Under the pieces are notes generated by a model. It did no database searches, had not been told where the DNA came from, and saw only the letters and a list, made by a program, of their open reading frames with translations. A stretch of DNA of 55,500 bases from Prorocentrum cordatum (taxonomy: Eukaryota), in NCBI GenBank assembly GCA_963575745.1, contig CAUYUJ010000153.1, forward strand, positions 62,001 to 117,500, in the 5' to 3' direction. Within the stretch, counting starts at the first letter, position 1; each line of letters opens with the position of its first letter. Position numbers and translations under genes: made by a program. Below are positions 1 through 17,549 of the stretch, piece by piece.

Positions 1-5708
<5,708 letters not shown>

Positions 5709-6599
5709 ATCCCAGAAGCCCTGGACACTGGAAACTTGAGAAATGAAACAGCATCACGATAAACCAAACAGTTTGCGATCCTCGTGTGGCCCTCCTTGTC
5801 CTCATCCGTCTCCTCCACCTCCTCCTTCCCGTCCGTCTCCTCCACCTCCCCCTCCTACTCCTCCTCCTCCTCTCCTCCTTCTCCGCCGTGCGTGTCAAGG
5901 TTTTCCTCTCCTTATTGCAAGCCCTGCCTCCCCTATTCTACCTTGACGCCCGCTAAGTCGGGTCGCCTCGCTCGACCCCCCGGGGCCTCGCGGCGTGGAG
6001 TTGTGTCGGCCGCGTCTGGGCCCGAGGACCGCAAGCGCGACTCGCGACTGGAAAGGCGTTGCGCCCCCCCCTACTCCTGCGTTACGTCGGGGGGAGGCAT
6101 GGGCGCGACGGGAGAGTGGACGAGGAGGGAGGGACGTGGCTGATACGAGCGAGGAGAAGAGCAGGAAGAGGAGGAGGAGGGAACAACCTAAGAGCCGATT
6201 ATGCAAGACAGGCGGTGCATAATGACGATCGCACTCAAGCGTCGTTCCCTTGGAAATGTCTACACATCATGTTTTGGATCCAGTGTTGAGTGCATCCTGA
6301 AATGTTTCACACCTTTGTTTTTGATGATATCGTAGTTTCGCTTGTAAGTTTCGGAGGGCGGTGATAAAACATCGAATGATTGAATTGCTGCTGCATCGAA
6401 ACACGCATGCGTGAAACCGACGCGTGTTCCATTTGTGGAGCACTACAAAACTGAAGCCGCCGAACTTCAGTTAGTTGGACCATCGCCTCGGCGACAACAA
6501 AACAGCACCGCAACAAGCGCGGATACAACAAAACAGCTCGAGTCTCCACGCCCTCTGTTGTTTAATGTTTTACCCTACAAATGGAGCATCCTAGTCTGC

Positions 6600-7301
6600 T
6601 GCCGTCGTAGCCATTGCTGGTCGCTGCCCTTGCCGCCGTCGCAGTAGCCCGTGCTGCCCTTGCCATAGTCTTAGTAGCCATCGCTGCCCTTGCCACCGTC
6701 GTAGTAGCCATTGCTGCCCTTGCCGCTGTCGTGCTTGCCGCTGTCGTAGTAGCCACTGCTGCCCTTGCCATAGTCGTAGCCATCGAAGCCCTTGCCGCCG
6801 TCGTAGTAGCCCTTGCCGCTGTCGTAGTAGCCGTCGTCGCTGCCCTTGCCACCGTCGTAGTAGCCAATGTCGCTGCCCTTGCCGCCGTCGTGGTAGTAGT
6901 CATCGCCCTTGTGGTCGCTGCCCTTGCCACCGCTGTGGTAGTAGTCATCGCCCTTGCGACCGCTGCTGTCGCCACTGCCCTTGTGGTCGTCGTCGCCGCC
7001 CTTGTGGCCGCTGCAGCCGCTGTGCATCTCCAGCTTCAGCCTCTTCGTCTCGCGCTCTGCGTCGCCTGCGCGTTGGCACTGGCGCTTCAACTCCTTATGG
7101 GGGGTATGTGCCACGAACCCTATCCATCCACCCCTTCTCATCCCCTCCGTTCCCCTTTCTCGTTCCAAGCTCCTCGTTCAGCTCGGCGAACGCCGCCGAA
7201 ATCGCTGACCTCGCGATGGCATCGGGGATCCTCTCGTCGAACGCGGTGCCATCACCGCGGCTCGCGAGATGGTCCTCGAGGGACCTTGGGACCCATGGCA
7301 T
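6600..7301 (-). pseudogene. Two-exon gene for a GGKG/YYD low-complexity protein (exons 7173..7301 and ~6600..7093); TAA at 6671-6673 interrupts the repeat
   Basis: MPWVPRS...AFAELNE| GA-AG intron 7094-7172 |ELKRQCQRAG... is in frame, then GGKGSD-GYYD repeats. The repeat continues past the stop (DYGKGSTGYCDGGKGSD). Confidence 0.6.
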
Positions 7302-7396
7302 ATGGATGTCCCCCGATGGGCCCTGGGAGGGCCGCTGGGGGGACGTGGCCCTGCATGGGGCCTCGGAATTGAACACAAACGGCGGTGAACCCCTCA

Positions 7397-7427
<31 letters not shown>

Positions 7428-7797
7428 GCGTCCGTCGTCGGCGTCCGTCGCCCGTCGCCCGTCGTCTGCCGCCGGCCGCCCCTAGTGTTTCACGTTTGCA
7501 TTAGGGGGTGCATGCAGCTAGTATAGCAACACGCACGCGTTGCGGTACACCGCATGGGATTGCACGGCGCAGAAAAAAAAGGACAGTACACGCATGTTGC
7601 ATACGATTGCATCGACCATCCTCAGCAGCCTCACCTCCATATCCTCATCCGTTGCCACTTTTCAGGCCCAAGCGTTTGGGCCTTCGCGCCAGTGCGGCGC
7701 TGCGCCACGCGCAGCCCCACCAGCGCAACCAGCAGCGCACCACGCGCAGCAGCACCCGCGCAACCAGCATCGCACCACGCGCAGCAGCACCAGCGCC

Positions 7798-8966
7798 ATG
7801 GACGAAGCTGCGGTGGCGCTCCTCCTGGACGCGGCGGAGGACCTCAACCGCCGCCGCCGCGGCTGCGGCGCTGCCGAGCCGCAGCCAGCGCTGCGGCCGC
7901 CAGCGCCACCGCCGCCGCTGAAGCCGAAGTCGAAGTTCGGGCCGCGGCAGCCTGCGGTCCCGCCTGAGGCGAAGCACTACGGGCCGCGGCCGCCGCCGAC
8001 CGCCCCGCCGCCGAGCACGCGAGGCAGTGCGCGGCGAGCCAGCTGCTCGACATGTTCGACATGGCGCCCGCGATGAGCCCGAGCATGAACCAGATGCACG
8101 GCCTGCAGCACTTCGTTCAAGACGACGACGATTACGGCGACATGGGCTACCACGACGGTGGCAAGGGCAGCGCGCACGACGGTGGCAAGGGCAGCGGCTA
8201 CGACAGTGGCAAGGGCAGCGACATGGGCTACTACAGCGGTGGCAAGGACAGCGCCTACGACGGCGGCAGGGGCAGCGGCACGGGCTACTACTATGGTGGC
8301 AAGGGCAGCGCCTATGACGGTGGCAGGGGCACCAGTGGCAAGGACAGCGAGATGGGCTGCTACTTCGGCGGCAAGGACAGCGCCTACGACGGTGGCAAGG
8401 GCCGCGACTACGACGGTGATGAGCCACAGCCGAAGAAGCGCCCATGCAAGCGCTATGGCTACTACGAGCGCGAGGGCGACGACCACTACTACCACAGCGG
8501 TGGCAAGGGCGATGACTACTACCACAGCGGTGGCAAGCACGATGGCTACTACCACAGCGGTGGCAAGCACGGTGGCAAGCACGACAGCAGCAACTACTAC
8601 GGCAAGCGTGGCCGCTACTACGGCAGCAGCCAGAACGACGTCGGCTACCACGACAGCGGCCACGACGGCGACAAGGGCAACGACCACAAGGGCTACTGCG
8701 ACGGTGGCAAGGGCAGCGGCCACAAGGGCTACTACGATGGTGGCAAGGGCAGCGGCCACAAGGGCGGCGACGACGACTACTACGTCCCGCGGCCGCGCGG
8801 TTGCAAGCACATCCGCCTCGCCAAGGGCCTGGCGGTGAAAGAGCTGGTCGAGGGCTCCGATGGCTACGACTATCAGCAGATGAAGTACATCGAGTGGAAC
8901 AAGAGGCTCCACGCGCATGTGTGGAGGGAGGCCCAGCGCGCGTGGCGCGATGCCAACCTGTCGTAG
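7798..8966 (+). CDS. GGKG/YY-repeat low-complexity protein with a Pro-rich N-terminus (frameshift near 8000-8050); function unknown
   Basis: ORF 8052..8966 has many GGKG(S/D) and GYY(D/H) units and a non-repetitive C-terminal segment. The upstream MDEAAVALLL... frame starts at 7798. Confidence 0.55.
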
Positions 8967-9286
8967 GACAGTGGCTACCGCGACGGTGGCAAGGGCCGCG
9001 TCGGTGGCTGCTACAGCTGTGGCCACGGGCTGACACGACGGCGGCAAGGGCTGCCGCGACTGGCGGCAAGGGCTGCCACGACCAAGGGCTGCCACGACGG
9101 CGGCCAAGGGCTGCGGCGACAGGCGGCTTTGGGCTGCCACGACGGCGGCCAAGGGCTACATACAGCTGAGGTTACGGCAGCTCATCGCTAATTCTAGGCT
9201 CACGCGCTGCCTCCAGATCTCTCCGCAATCGCGACTGCGAGGACAGTTTGCCCCCTCCCCTCCTTCTGAAGCGATCAGAGGCTCAG

Positions 9287-9441
9287 TTGTCGTATATGAG
9301 TTTCTCACATACGACAGCGCTGTCGTATATGAGAAACTCAAATACGACAAACTCGGTGTGATAGTGTTGACGACAGCGCTGTCGTATATGAAAAACTCAT
9401 ATACGGCAAAGTTGTCGTATATGAGTTTCTCATATACGACA
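9287..9441. repeat. Array of four 29-bp palindromes, consensus TGTCGTATATGAG-WWW-CTCATATACGACA
   Basis: Units at 9288-9316, 9321-9349, 9380-9408 and 9413-9441 (the last has perfect 13-bp arms). Units 1+2 also form a 64-bp palindrome centred on AGCGCT. Confidence 0.9.
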
Positions 9442-10139
9442 GCGGGGTGGTCGGATCACAGTTTCCTGGTGGCGAGTCCTGGTGGCGACGATTTGAGCGG
9501 TCTTGGATCATTCCAGGGGTGAAATGTCGGTCGACGGGTTTGCATTTGGGGTCGTTCGTGATCAATTGATAGCATACACCTCCCGCTCCTGTAGTTGACG
9601 TCTTGTCTAGAACCCACAGGTGTGCATCTGTTGTGGATAATTTAAGTGGACACGATGATAGTTATCAGCCCCACGGCGTGCGCGCAGATAAACACCGCCA
9701 CAGGGGCCACGAGCCGCAAAAAAAACGGTGCAGCATCATCCTCGCATTATCGCCCCCGCAACCCGTCCTCCATGGCCCCTCCTTTGTTGCCCCCATCGCC
9801 CGTCCATCGTCGTCCTCCAGCGTTCGCGCTCATCATCCGTCCATCGTCCTTCCCTCGTTGCTTCTATCTTCCGCCGCTCGTTTCCCGTCGTCACCTCATC
9901 GCCTCATCATCAGTATCGTCATCGCCACCACCGCAATCGGTCTTCGTCGTCGTCGGTCACCACCGTCACCACCACCTTCGCCACCGTCGCCATCGTCACC
10001 AGCTCTCCTCCACCGCCTCGTCCCATTCCCAGTGTTCAGTCGACGCTATCAGATATCCAGGTCCTCGTTCGCTCGAGCTCATGTGCCCCCCCCCCGCCCC
10101 GTGTCATCTCGTTTTCTCGTTGCGGTGTGTCGCATTGCC

Positions 10140-10700
10140 CTCGTGGTCGCCGCCGCCGTCGCCGCCGCCGTCGCCGTTGCCGTTGCCGTCGTCCTCGCCG
10201 CCGTCGTCATCGCCGTCGTCGTCGTCATCGTCGTCTTCGTCACCGCCGTTGTCGTCGCCGTCGTCGTCGTCGGCGGCGCCGTCGTGCGCCGACCCCCTCC
10301 AGAGCGGCACCGTCCTGCGCGCGCCCCCTCCGCGGCCAGGGGGGTCGGGGCGCGACGACGGCGACGACGGCGACGACGGTGGCGACGGCGACACGAGTGG
10401 GAGCACGAGAGCATGAGATAACAATGGTGAGGAGAGTGCGGACGGACAGGATGCGTGGCACGGGAGGTGGTTCAAACTTAGTGCAACGAATGAGAGGGCG
10501 GGTGGAGGGACGGCGATCAACGTTGATGTTGTGGAAGGATCTCCAGGATGGCATACGACGAATGCTGCGGTGGGGAAGAGGGGCGGATTGCGATGATGAG
10601 TATAATGGTGATGACGACGAACGATGATGATGATGACGATGATGATGATGAGGATGAGGATGCCGACGATGACGACAGTGACGGTGATGATGATGATGTG
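10140..10700. repeat. Low-complexity trinucleotide tracts (GCC/GTC)n, (GAC/GGC)n and (GAT)n
   Basis: Directly visible. Confidence 0.8.
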
Positions 10701-10875
10701 AGGCGGCGGCGAACCACGGCGTCGGTGCCGACGGCGGTGCGAATGTGAGAGGGGGGATGCATCATGTGATATTGCATTGTGCGACTAAGTCGCAATATGC
10801 ATCTCGGCCGCAGCCGTTGCGGTACGCGGGGCGCGTCTCTCTCGCGCGAGGCGTCTGCGCGCCGTCGTGCGCGAC

Positions 10876-12015
10876 ATGCCTGCGATGTCCGCCCAACTCA
10901 AGGCGCTACGGGCCCACCGCCGTCGCGAGGGCAGGGCGGACTTCAACGCCGCGCTCGCGGCCACCGTCAGGCACGTGAGATACACTAAATCACAGGCGAA
11001 GAAGAACGAAAAGGAGGTTGGGCTCGTTATGTAGCCTGTATGTTTAGTAGTGTTAGCTACTATACTGACTTGCAGTACGTTGCATGTACATGTGTGTTGA
11101 TACACGCGTGTACGAATCATATTGTATTGCGTTGCTGTGATTCGATTCGACACCCCAATCGATTCGTGTGTTACAGGGTTTGAATGTTTTCAGGTGTGGG
11201 TTGGTAGGGCCGCGTTCACGCCATATCGCCCCCCTCCCCGAAAGGTAGATGCGGCGTTCAATAAGCTGGAGCGAGCCATGAATCAGGCGGAGGCCGCCGA
11301 GGAGGTGTTCCGCATGGTTTTGCGGGAGGCAGAGGTGTGGAGGAATGTGCACATTCGTGCAACTGATCGCCTCGTTGCAGTGGGTGGCCTCACGCGGGCG
11401 CGGGGCCGCAAGGCCCTTGGCGTCGCGTAGTACGCTCTAGCAGCTTTGCGGGGTTCGCTACAGGGTAGCGGGGTAGCTACTAGGGTAGCCCATGCGTGCA
11501 AACGCATTCATCGTATCGCTTGTGGCGCTGCGTGCAAAAATGCAACGTCATGCACGTGTGGGGTCGCACGCCAGTGGGGTCTATAGGGCGGCGCTACGGC
11601 GGCGATCGAGCCTTTCGTAAGCATATTGGCCCAAGGTGTGCGTGTGTGTGTGTGTGCGCGCGCAGGCCCTTGCACGTAAACTGTTCTGGTTGCAATGGTG
11701 AAGTCCACCAAGCAGAAGGCGATGGAGGCACAGGTTCGCCATGAGCTTAGGGGGGAGCGTGAGGAGCGGGCTCGCCAGAAGAAAGAGATTGCCAAGGCTG
11801 CGAACAAGGATGTGGCGTCGACTCGCTCCCGCGTGAAAACACTGACCAAGAAGGCGTGCATGCGTTTAACAACGTATTGCTAATTAAGTTTCCCGCCCCA
11901 TAACAACGGCCATCCCCCACCCTGGCCCCCAGCAGCCTCAACAGGCAGATGTCGACTACGCCGCGTTCCCCAAGGCGAAGGATGAGTGGATGAACTCAAT
12001 TCTGGACCGTGAGGC
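10876..12015 (+). pseudogene. Possible small multi-exon accessory gene fragments upstream of the CMC-like transposase
   Basis: Short helical-looking segments (MPAMSAQLKALR..., DAAFNKLERAMNQAE..., MVKSTKQKAMEAQ...TLTKK, DVDYAAFPKAKDEWMNSILDRE), several ending in AG|GC donor-like junctions. The exon chain could not be resolved. Confidence 0.3.
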
Positions 12016-12457
12016 TGCGATCGGGTCGCACAGCGTCGCAGTCGCATGGCTTGTGCATGCGAAGTCCATGGACGTGGCCTGATCCCGAGTCGGATCGCGC
12101 ATTAGAAATGCAAGCTGTAAAGCCGTGCGTCGTGTGTCGAACTATCTTGCATCTGTTGTATGTAACATCATGCACATGATTGCAGACGATCCCGTTTGTG
12201 GTTTGCGGTCTGGCCGCAGAGTGGTAACGACGACAGCGAAGCAGGGGAGGGGATGCGCGGATGAGGGTGATTGGCGACGGCGTGGGGGGCCGTGCGATTG
12301 TTGCCCCCCCCCCACCGCGGCCGGGCCGCCCTGCAATTGCATGTGATGTTGCAGTTGGCATCTTATCCGTATCCCATGTGGCTCGCGAGTCTGACGCTCG
12401 CGATGCCCACTTGCCATGTCGCGATCTGTCGCGCCATCTACTTGCGTTAACTACGCA

Positions 12458-13944
12458 GTGACGTCCGTGCCAAACCTTATCGTTGAGCTAAACCATATGC
12501 ACGAATGGGTGCAAACTCAGATAAGCTGCGGGTTGGATCCCGCCGCAGTGGCCAAGTGTCAATTTGACCAGTTGCTCCTCAAAGTTGACCATCTGGGAAA
12601 CTTGAGCACCGATGACGCGTCACTCCTCGCGAATGCCATTCGAGACAATGCGCTGGACCACTGGAGCTCGCGAGAGCTTGCCCAGCTTTGCTCGGCCGTT
12701 GGTAACAAGACTGGCTTGCTGGGATACACCAGCGGTTCTAAGAAGTGGCAGGAGGTAACCATCTCCCCTAAATGCCTCACAGCGACTGAGCTCGCTAAGT
12801 TGAAGGGGGGACTTATCAGGGAAGGCGTGTGTAAACATTGTGGTCAACCGTGCCGCGCTCATTGGCATGCATGCATTATCAGAAAAAAGTACGGCGCGAG
12901 TGGCGGCTGTGGTGGCACATGCCGTTGGGAAATGTGGCAACGCAGATGCGTGGATGAAACTATTGAAGGATGTGAAGAAGAAGTTGGGCGCAGCTGTCGC
13001 TGCGAAAGCGCGGGCCAAACGCGGGTACAGGACGATCTGGGCTTATGACACCATCGACCAGATGCATAGCGAGGCATGGCGGGGAGAGGCGCATGACGAC
13101 GCCGAAGGCCCATGCATGGAGGACATGGGTGCCGACGAGCCCGAGTTCGCGCGAGGGTCTTCCAGCAAGACCAGGAAGACGACCACCGTTGAGCCCGTCG
13201 CGCCCCCCCACGCCAAGGCCGCGATGCCAGATGACGGTTGGTGGGCAGATGCAGATGTAACAGAACATGTTCGGGGGGCAGTTGGCCGCGGCGCTCGTCG
13301 CCAATGCGGCACTCCATGGAGGACATGCAGCTGGGTCTGCAGGAGCGTCTACAGGGGTGCACTCAGGGGCATCTTCAAGGGGCTGCCCTCTGGAGCCACC
13401 AAAGGCGAAGCTCCCGCCTCGTGAGGAGCCAACGCTCGGCAAGTCGGCGGCGGCCGAGCCGACAGTTGATGACGAAGAGCCCGATGCCAACCTGAGCGGC
13501 GAGGAGGCCGCCCTGCGCAAGCTGCTCGCCACCAAGGCGAAGGCGGCGGCCGCGGCGACGGCCGCGCGCAAGCGCCCCGCCGCGGCTGGCGACGCGGCCG
13601 CCGATGCCACCGAAGCAGATGCATCAGAGGATGCAGAGCAGCCGAAGAGCGCGGGCAAGGGCAAGGGCAAGGGCATCAAACACAAGCACAAAAGCCATAA
13701 CACATGCAAAAGACACGGCAAGGGCAACAAGAACACGGGCAATAACACGGGCAAGGTCGTCGCGAAGAGGCCCCCAAGCCACGTCGCGAAGCCGAAGGTG
13801 CTGCCGCCGCCTGCGAAGGCGGGGAACCTCCACTACAGGGTTGGCTACGTACTGACCCAGAACGACAAGCAGGTATATCGCCCCGTAGTGGGGGCGGGGC
13901 GACCAGAGGATCAAGCGGGGCCCTGGCGTGCGCTCGCGCGCTGA
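12458..13944 (+). pseudogene. Frameshifted accessory ORF of the CMC-like element (helical N-terminus, acidic and Lys-rich C-terminal part)
   Basis: Overlapping ORFs 12416..13048, 12840..13424 and 13267..13944 read as one protein. It lies on the same strand, directly upstream of the transposase. Confidence 0.5.
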
Positions 13945-14123
13945 GGCGTGGTCCGCTGCCTTTGCGTTCATCGACGATCGGTCGTAGGCCAGCACATCTC
14001 ATTGTTTGTTGCTGCAGCGATGGATTCGCTTGTGCATCTGTGGTGTAAAACAAATACGGTGCGATCGTCGCATCCTGTCTCACTCGTGTCGATTGCGTTG
14101 CGGTCATCGCATATCGCATCAGC

Positions 14124-14140
14124 CCGTAAGCATTTTGGCT
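14124..14140 (+). other. Spliced-leader-like relic 3 nt before the transposase ATG
   Basis: CCGTAAGCATTTTGGCT versus SL CCGTAGCCATTTTGGCT, 15/17 identical; ATG at 14144. Confidence 0.55.
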
Positions 14141-14143
14141 GGC

Positions 14144-16351
14144 ATGGCGTCGGGTCCGCGGCCGAAGCGGTCCCGAACACACTCCGATGCATTAGTTGAG
14201 GCCCACCGCGACCCGTATGTTTCCCAGGCAGCATTGTCTCACGTGCCCACTTACGTTCGTGACAGTGGGTTGCCAGGCGCTGTCTCGCGGGGGTCCCAAT
14301 ATAGGGCATATGAGAAACATGTGGTCAATGATCGTAACACATATGGCCTTATATTTAATGGCATGCAGATGCCTCTTGGCGACGATAACGATGGGGGCAC
14401 ATTTGGGAATTGGGTGTGCAACCCAGGGGCGTTCTTGTACGCCATATGCAAGTAAAGCGGGCCGTTCAAGTCATTGATGCGCTAACAATTGCAAAAGCAC
14501 CCATGTTATTTAGTTGTGCCTTGGAAAATGACTCTTTATTTCGATGGTATATCGCCGCGCGATCCTGCCACGAAAGGCAACGGCTACCGTGGTATGGATG
14601 CTGTGTACGGGTCTTTTGCCGAATTTGACGAACACTTGCAAAACGAAGATCTACGGTTCACCCTCAGCACCGCGCGCGTTGCCAAGGTGAAAGATATGCC
14701 TGGGGGCATCGGGCAATCTATCCGCATGGTGCTCAGCGAGCTCTTTTTTCATAGATCGGGTGGCGTTCCCTTTGGGACAACGGGGGTTGCGCTGGATGTA
14801 TCTGCGCTGGGTGACGCAACAACATACGCAACGATAGATGCGAGATTGGCGTGTGTTATAGACGAGGAGGCATTGAGGGAGCTTCATATGAACAAGGGGC
14901 ACGCTGGCTCTAAGGCCTGCGCAAGTTGCAGGAACGTCCTTAAAAATAAATTCGGCTACACGAAATTCGACAGATCGGGGACATACGTTGATGATACCTG
15001 CCTTGACAAAAGCAAACTCGCATACAACACCGACGCGGCAGTCGTCGCGATCTTGGAGAGGTTGCGCCCTGATTGGGAGAGGTACCAGCGAGACGAGCTC
15101 ACAGGCGCGCAGTACACATCTGCGGCGCAGGTGAAAGGTTGGAGTTTCCGTCCAACGCATGTCGCACTGGACCCGTTTCTTAGATACTTGGTGATGACAT
15201 TCCTCTGCTTCGATTGGATGCACGTATATTTCGTTAGTGGCATTTTTGATCGGGAAGTCAGGGCCCTCCTAGAGCACAAAGGTTTCAAAAAATTGTGCAG
15301 CGCCGACGACCTCCACGAATACTTCATGGAGTGGACGCGGCCATCCAAACACCACTCTGCTGCGACAGTCTGGGAAACGGGAGACTTCCAGGCGAGTGCC
15401 TCGCAAGAGCTATCTGCGCTTCCCGCGCTGGCTCTATACATCAGGCAAGTCATTGCCAGTACACCATCATGCGATGCAGTCGCAGACCAGATAGCAAGCA
15501 CGCTGGCGTCATGTGACGCCGTGGATGTTATTCTCTGCGCGTCGAGGCGATTGCCATGCACACGCCACGAGGTTGAGTCAGCAGTGTTGAAACATCTGGA
15601 GCTTCACCAGCGTGCATATGGTGCCAAGTATTGGGTGTATAAGCATCACATGGCTATCCACTTGGCTGATATGTTTGAGAGGCATGGTGCTTTATCATGG
15701 TTTGTCCAACAGCGGAAACACAAACATGTCAAAATATTTGCAAAGGACCACCTGTGCAAGACGAGGCCCGAGAAGGTTGTAATGATCCAGCTCACGGCTC
15801 AGCACATGCATGATCTACAGAACATCCGCGGGTTGTCACTGGAGTGCGAGTTCGAGTGCGCCACAGCTGCAAGCAAACGTTTGTTGAGTGCTTTGCAGCA
15901 GCTGCAGCCAGGCACGCATGCAGCAGTCTCGACCATTGAAGCGCACACCGAACATGGAGGGATAATCAAACGTGGTGACATAATTTTGATGGGTCGCGAT
16001 CGTGGCCACGTTGCAGTCCAAGTGTGGTTCCACATGAAATGCGACGGCGATCCGCCGCAGAGCTTGGTTCAGATTCTGATTACAAAGCACGTGCATGCGA
16101 GCGAACACTTTTCTAGGCATGTCATCGATGATGCCCGCGATCCCGTTCTCATCCCCTTCAGTTCGTTGAAATCTCCAAGGTGGTTTACAGGAGAGTTGGC
16201 GATCATATCACGTGCATTTGGCCAGTGGAATACCGTAAATTGTTCTGTTATCGCATACTTTACCCCCAAAAAAAACATCGATATGCAAAGAACACAACAT
16301 GCAACCTCCAAAACAACAACATGCACGTTCCAAAAAAAAACTCAAGTATAA
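14144..16351 (+). pseudogene. CACTA/EnSpm (CMC, Plavaka-like) transposase pseudogene, intronless
   Basis: Motifs LYFDG, IDEEA...KGHAGSKACASC, FDWMH, KHHMAIH and FVQQRKHK (expected catalytic E reads Q). In-frame TAA at 14453 and 14483; probable frameshift near 16175. Confidence 0.75.
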
Positions 16352-16458
16352 GCCAACAAACGAACATGTCACTCCAAAAACTCCAATAAGGTAACTAGTT
16401 ATAACGAGTTACCAGCTAGTTATAACTCCAGCTAACTATTACTAACCGAAGCGTTCCT

Positions 16459-16899
16459 TCAGGTAGGTAAACGATCCGGATGTCCCCCATCGACGCCGGC
16501 GTGGGCCCCCGGCAGTGAAGTGCCGAAGTCCCCGACATCCGCCGGTGCGATGTCTAACCACTTGAAGGGCCGCGAGACGTCCCGCTTGGCGCAGAGGAGG
16601 CGCTCTCCGGGGTGGCGCGCGCGGTGCCACACCGCCGTCCTCGCCACCTGCCGATGGCGTGGCTGGACGGCCGGCGGGTGATCGCGTTTGTGGGTGGCTG
16701 CGTTAGCCGAGAGCATCGCGTGGATCATGCGCCCCTCGGTCGACAGGGTTCTGTCCGGGAGCTGCTTCGGGGCCCTCCCGAGGGGGTCCTCCACCAACTC
16801 CGTCATGAATCCCTCGGCCGCCCGGGAAGCTACCAATGCGATACCCCACGTCACGTCGGCCCATGCCTTCTGGTAGGCCTCGTCGATGTGGGCTCGCAC
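16459..16899 (-). pseudogene. Reverse transcriptase N-terminal fragment (DIRS-type)
   Basis: KRDVSRPFKWL matches the KxDxxxAF motif; truncated before the YxDD motif. Confidence 0.7.
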
Positions 16900-17549
16900 A
16901 CTAGGGTGCGGCTGGGCCCGCTCCCGCTTCCGCGGTGCGCCCCGCCGCGCAGCCGCTCCGCCTTCTGCCAGCTCCCGGACGTACCCGAATTCGCTCTCGG
17001 CTCAGGCACCGCCGCACCTCATCCCCCAGGACGCCGCGGAGAGGGTTGCCCATGCGCTCGTGGCGCGCGCGCCTAAGCAGCGCGGCCGCCTCCTTCAGGG
17101 ACCCGGTCCGTTGGAGGAGCCGATCCCCCAGGCCAACCAGGGTCCGCATGGCCTCGGATTCATACTCAGGGTGCTCCGTGCAGAAGGTCAGGTAGACCGT
17201 AGCTAACTCAGCCGGGCTGCAGCCTTCAAGGTCCTCCACGATGTCCCCTGCCGGGTCCTCGCAAGGGGGGCGAGGCTCACCCGCGCTCGCCTCCCCCTTC
17301 TTCTCGCCCAACGGGGGCTTGGGAAGCCCCGCCAGTGCTCGATGCATGGCTGGGCTGAGCCTGCAGCATTTTGAGCCGCCCCCCGAGGCCTGCAAGCGCT
17401 CGATCCCCGTGAAGTCGACGCCCTGTAGGCGCCCGGGCGCCTCCGCCCGGGCGAAATTGGGGGACGCCCCCGGGCCATCCCCCCATACGGGTGCCAGTTG
17501 CCGCCGCAGCTGGCTCACCGACCATCGGTGGTAGGCTCCCTTCAGAACT

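Noticed and set aside
5735..5746. Weak SL-like CATTTCTCAAG upstream of the hAT ATG, and similar sequence at ~7654-7672
   Set aside because: Needs gaps and is too short to separate from chance.
9287..9441. CRISPR array
   Set aside because: Palindromic units are separated by 4-30 bp with no unique spacer series, no cas genes, and a eukaryotic context.
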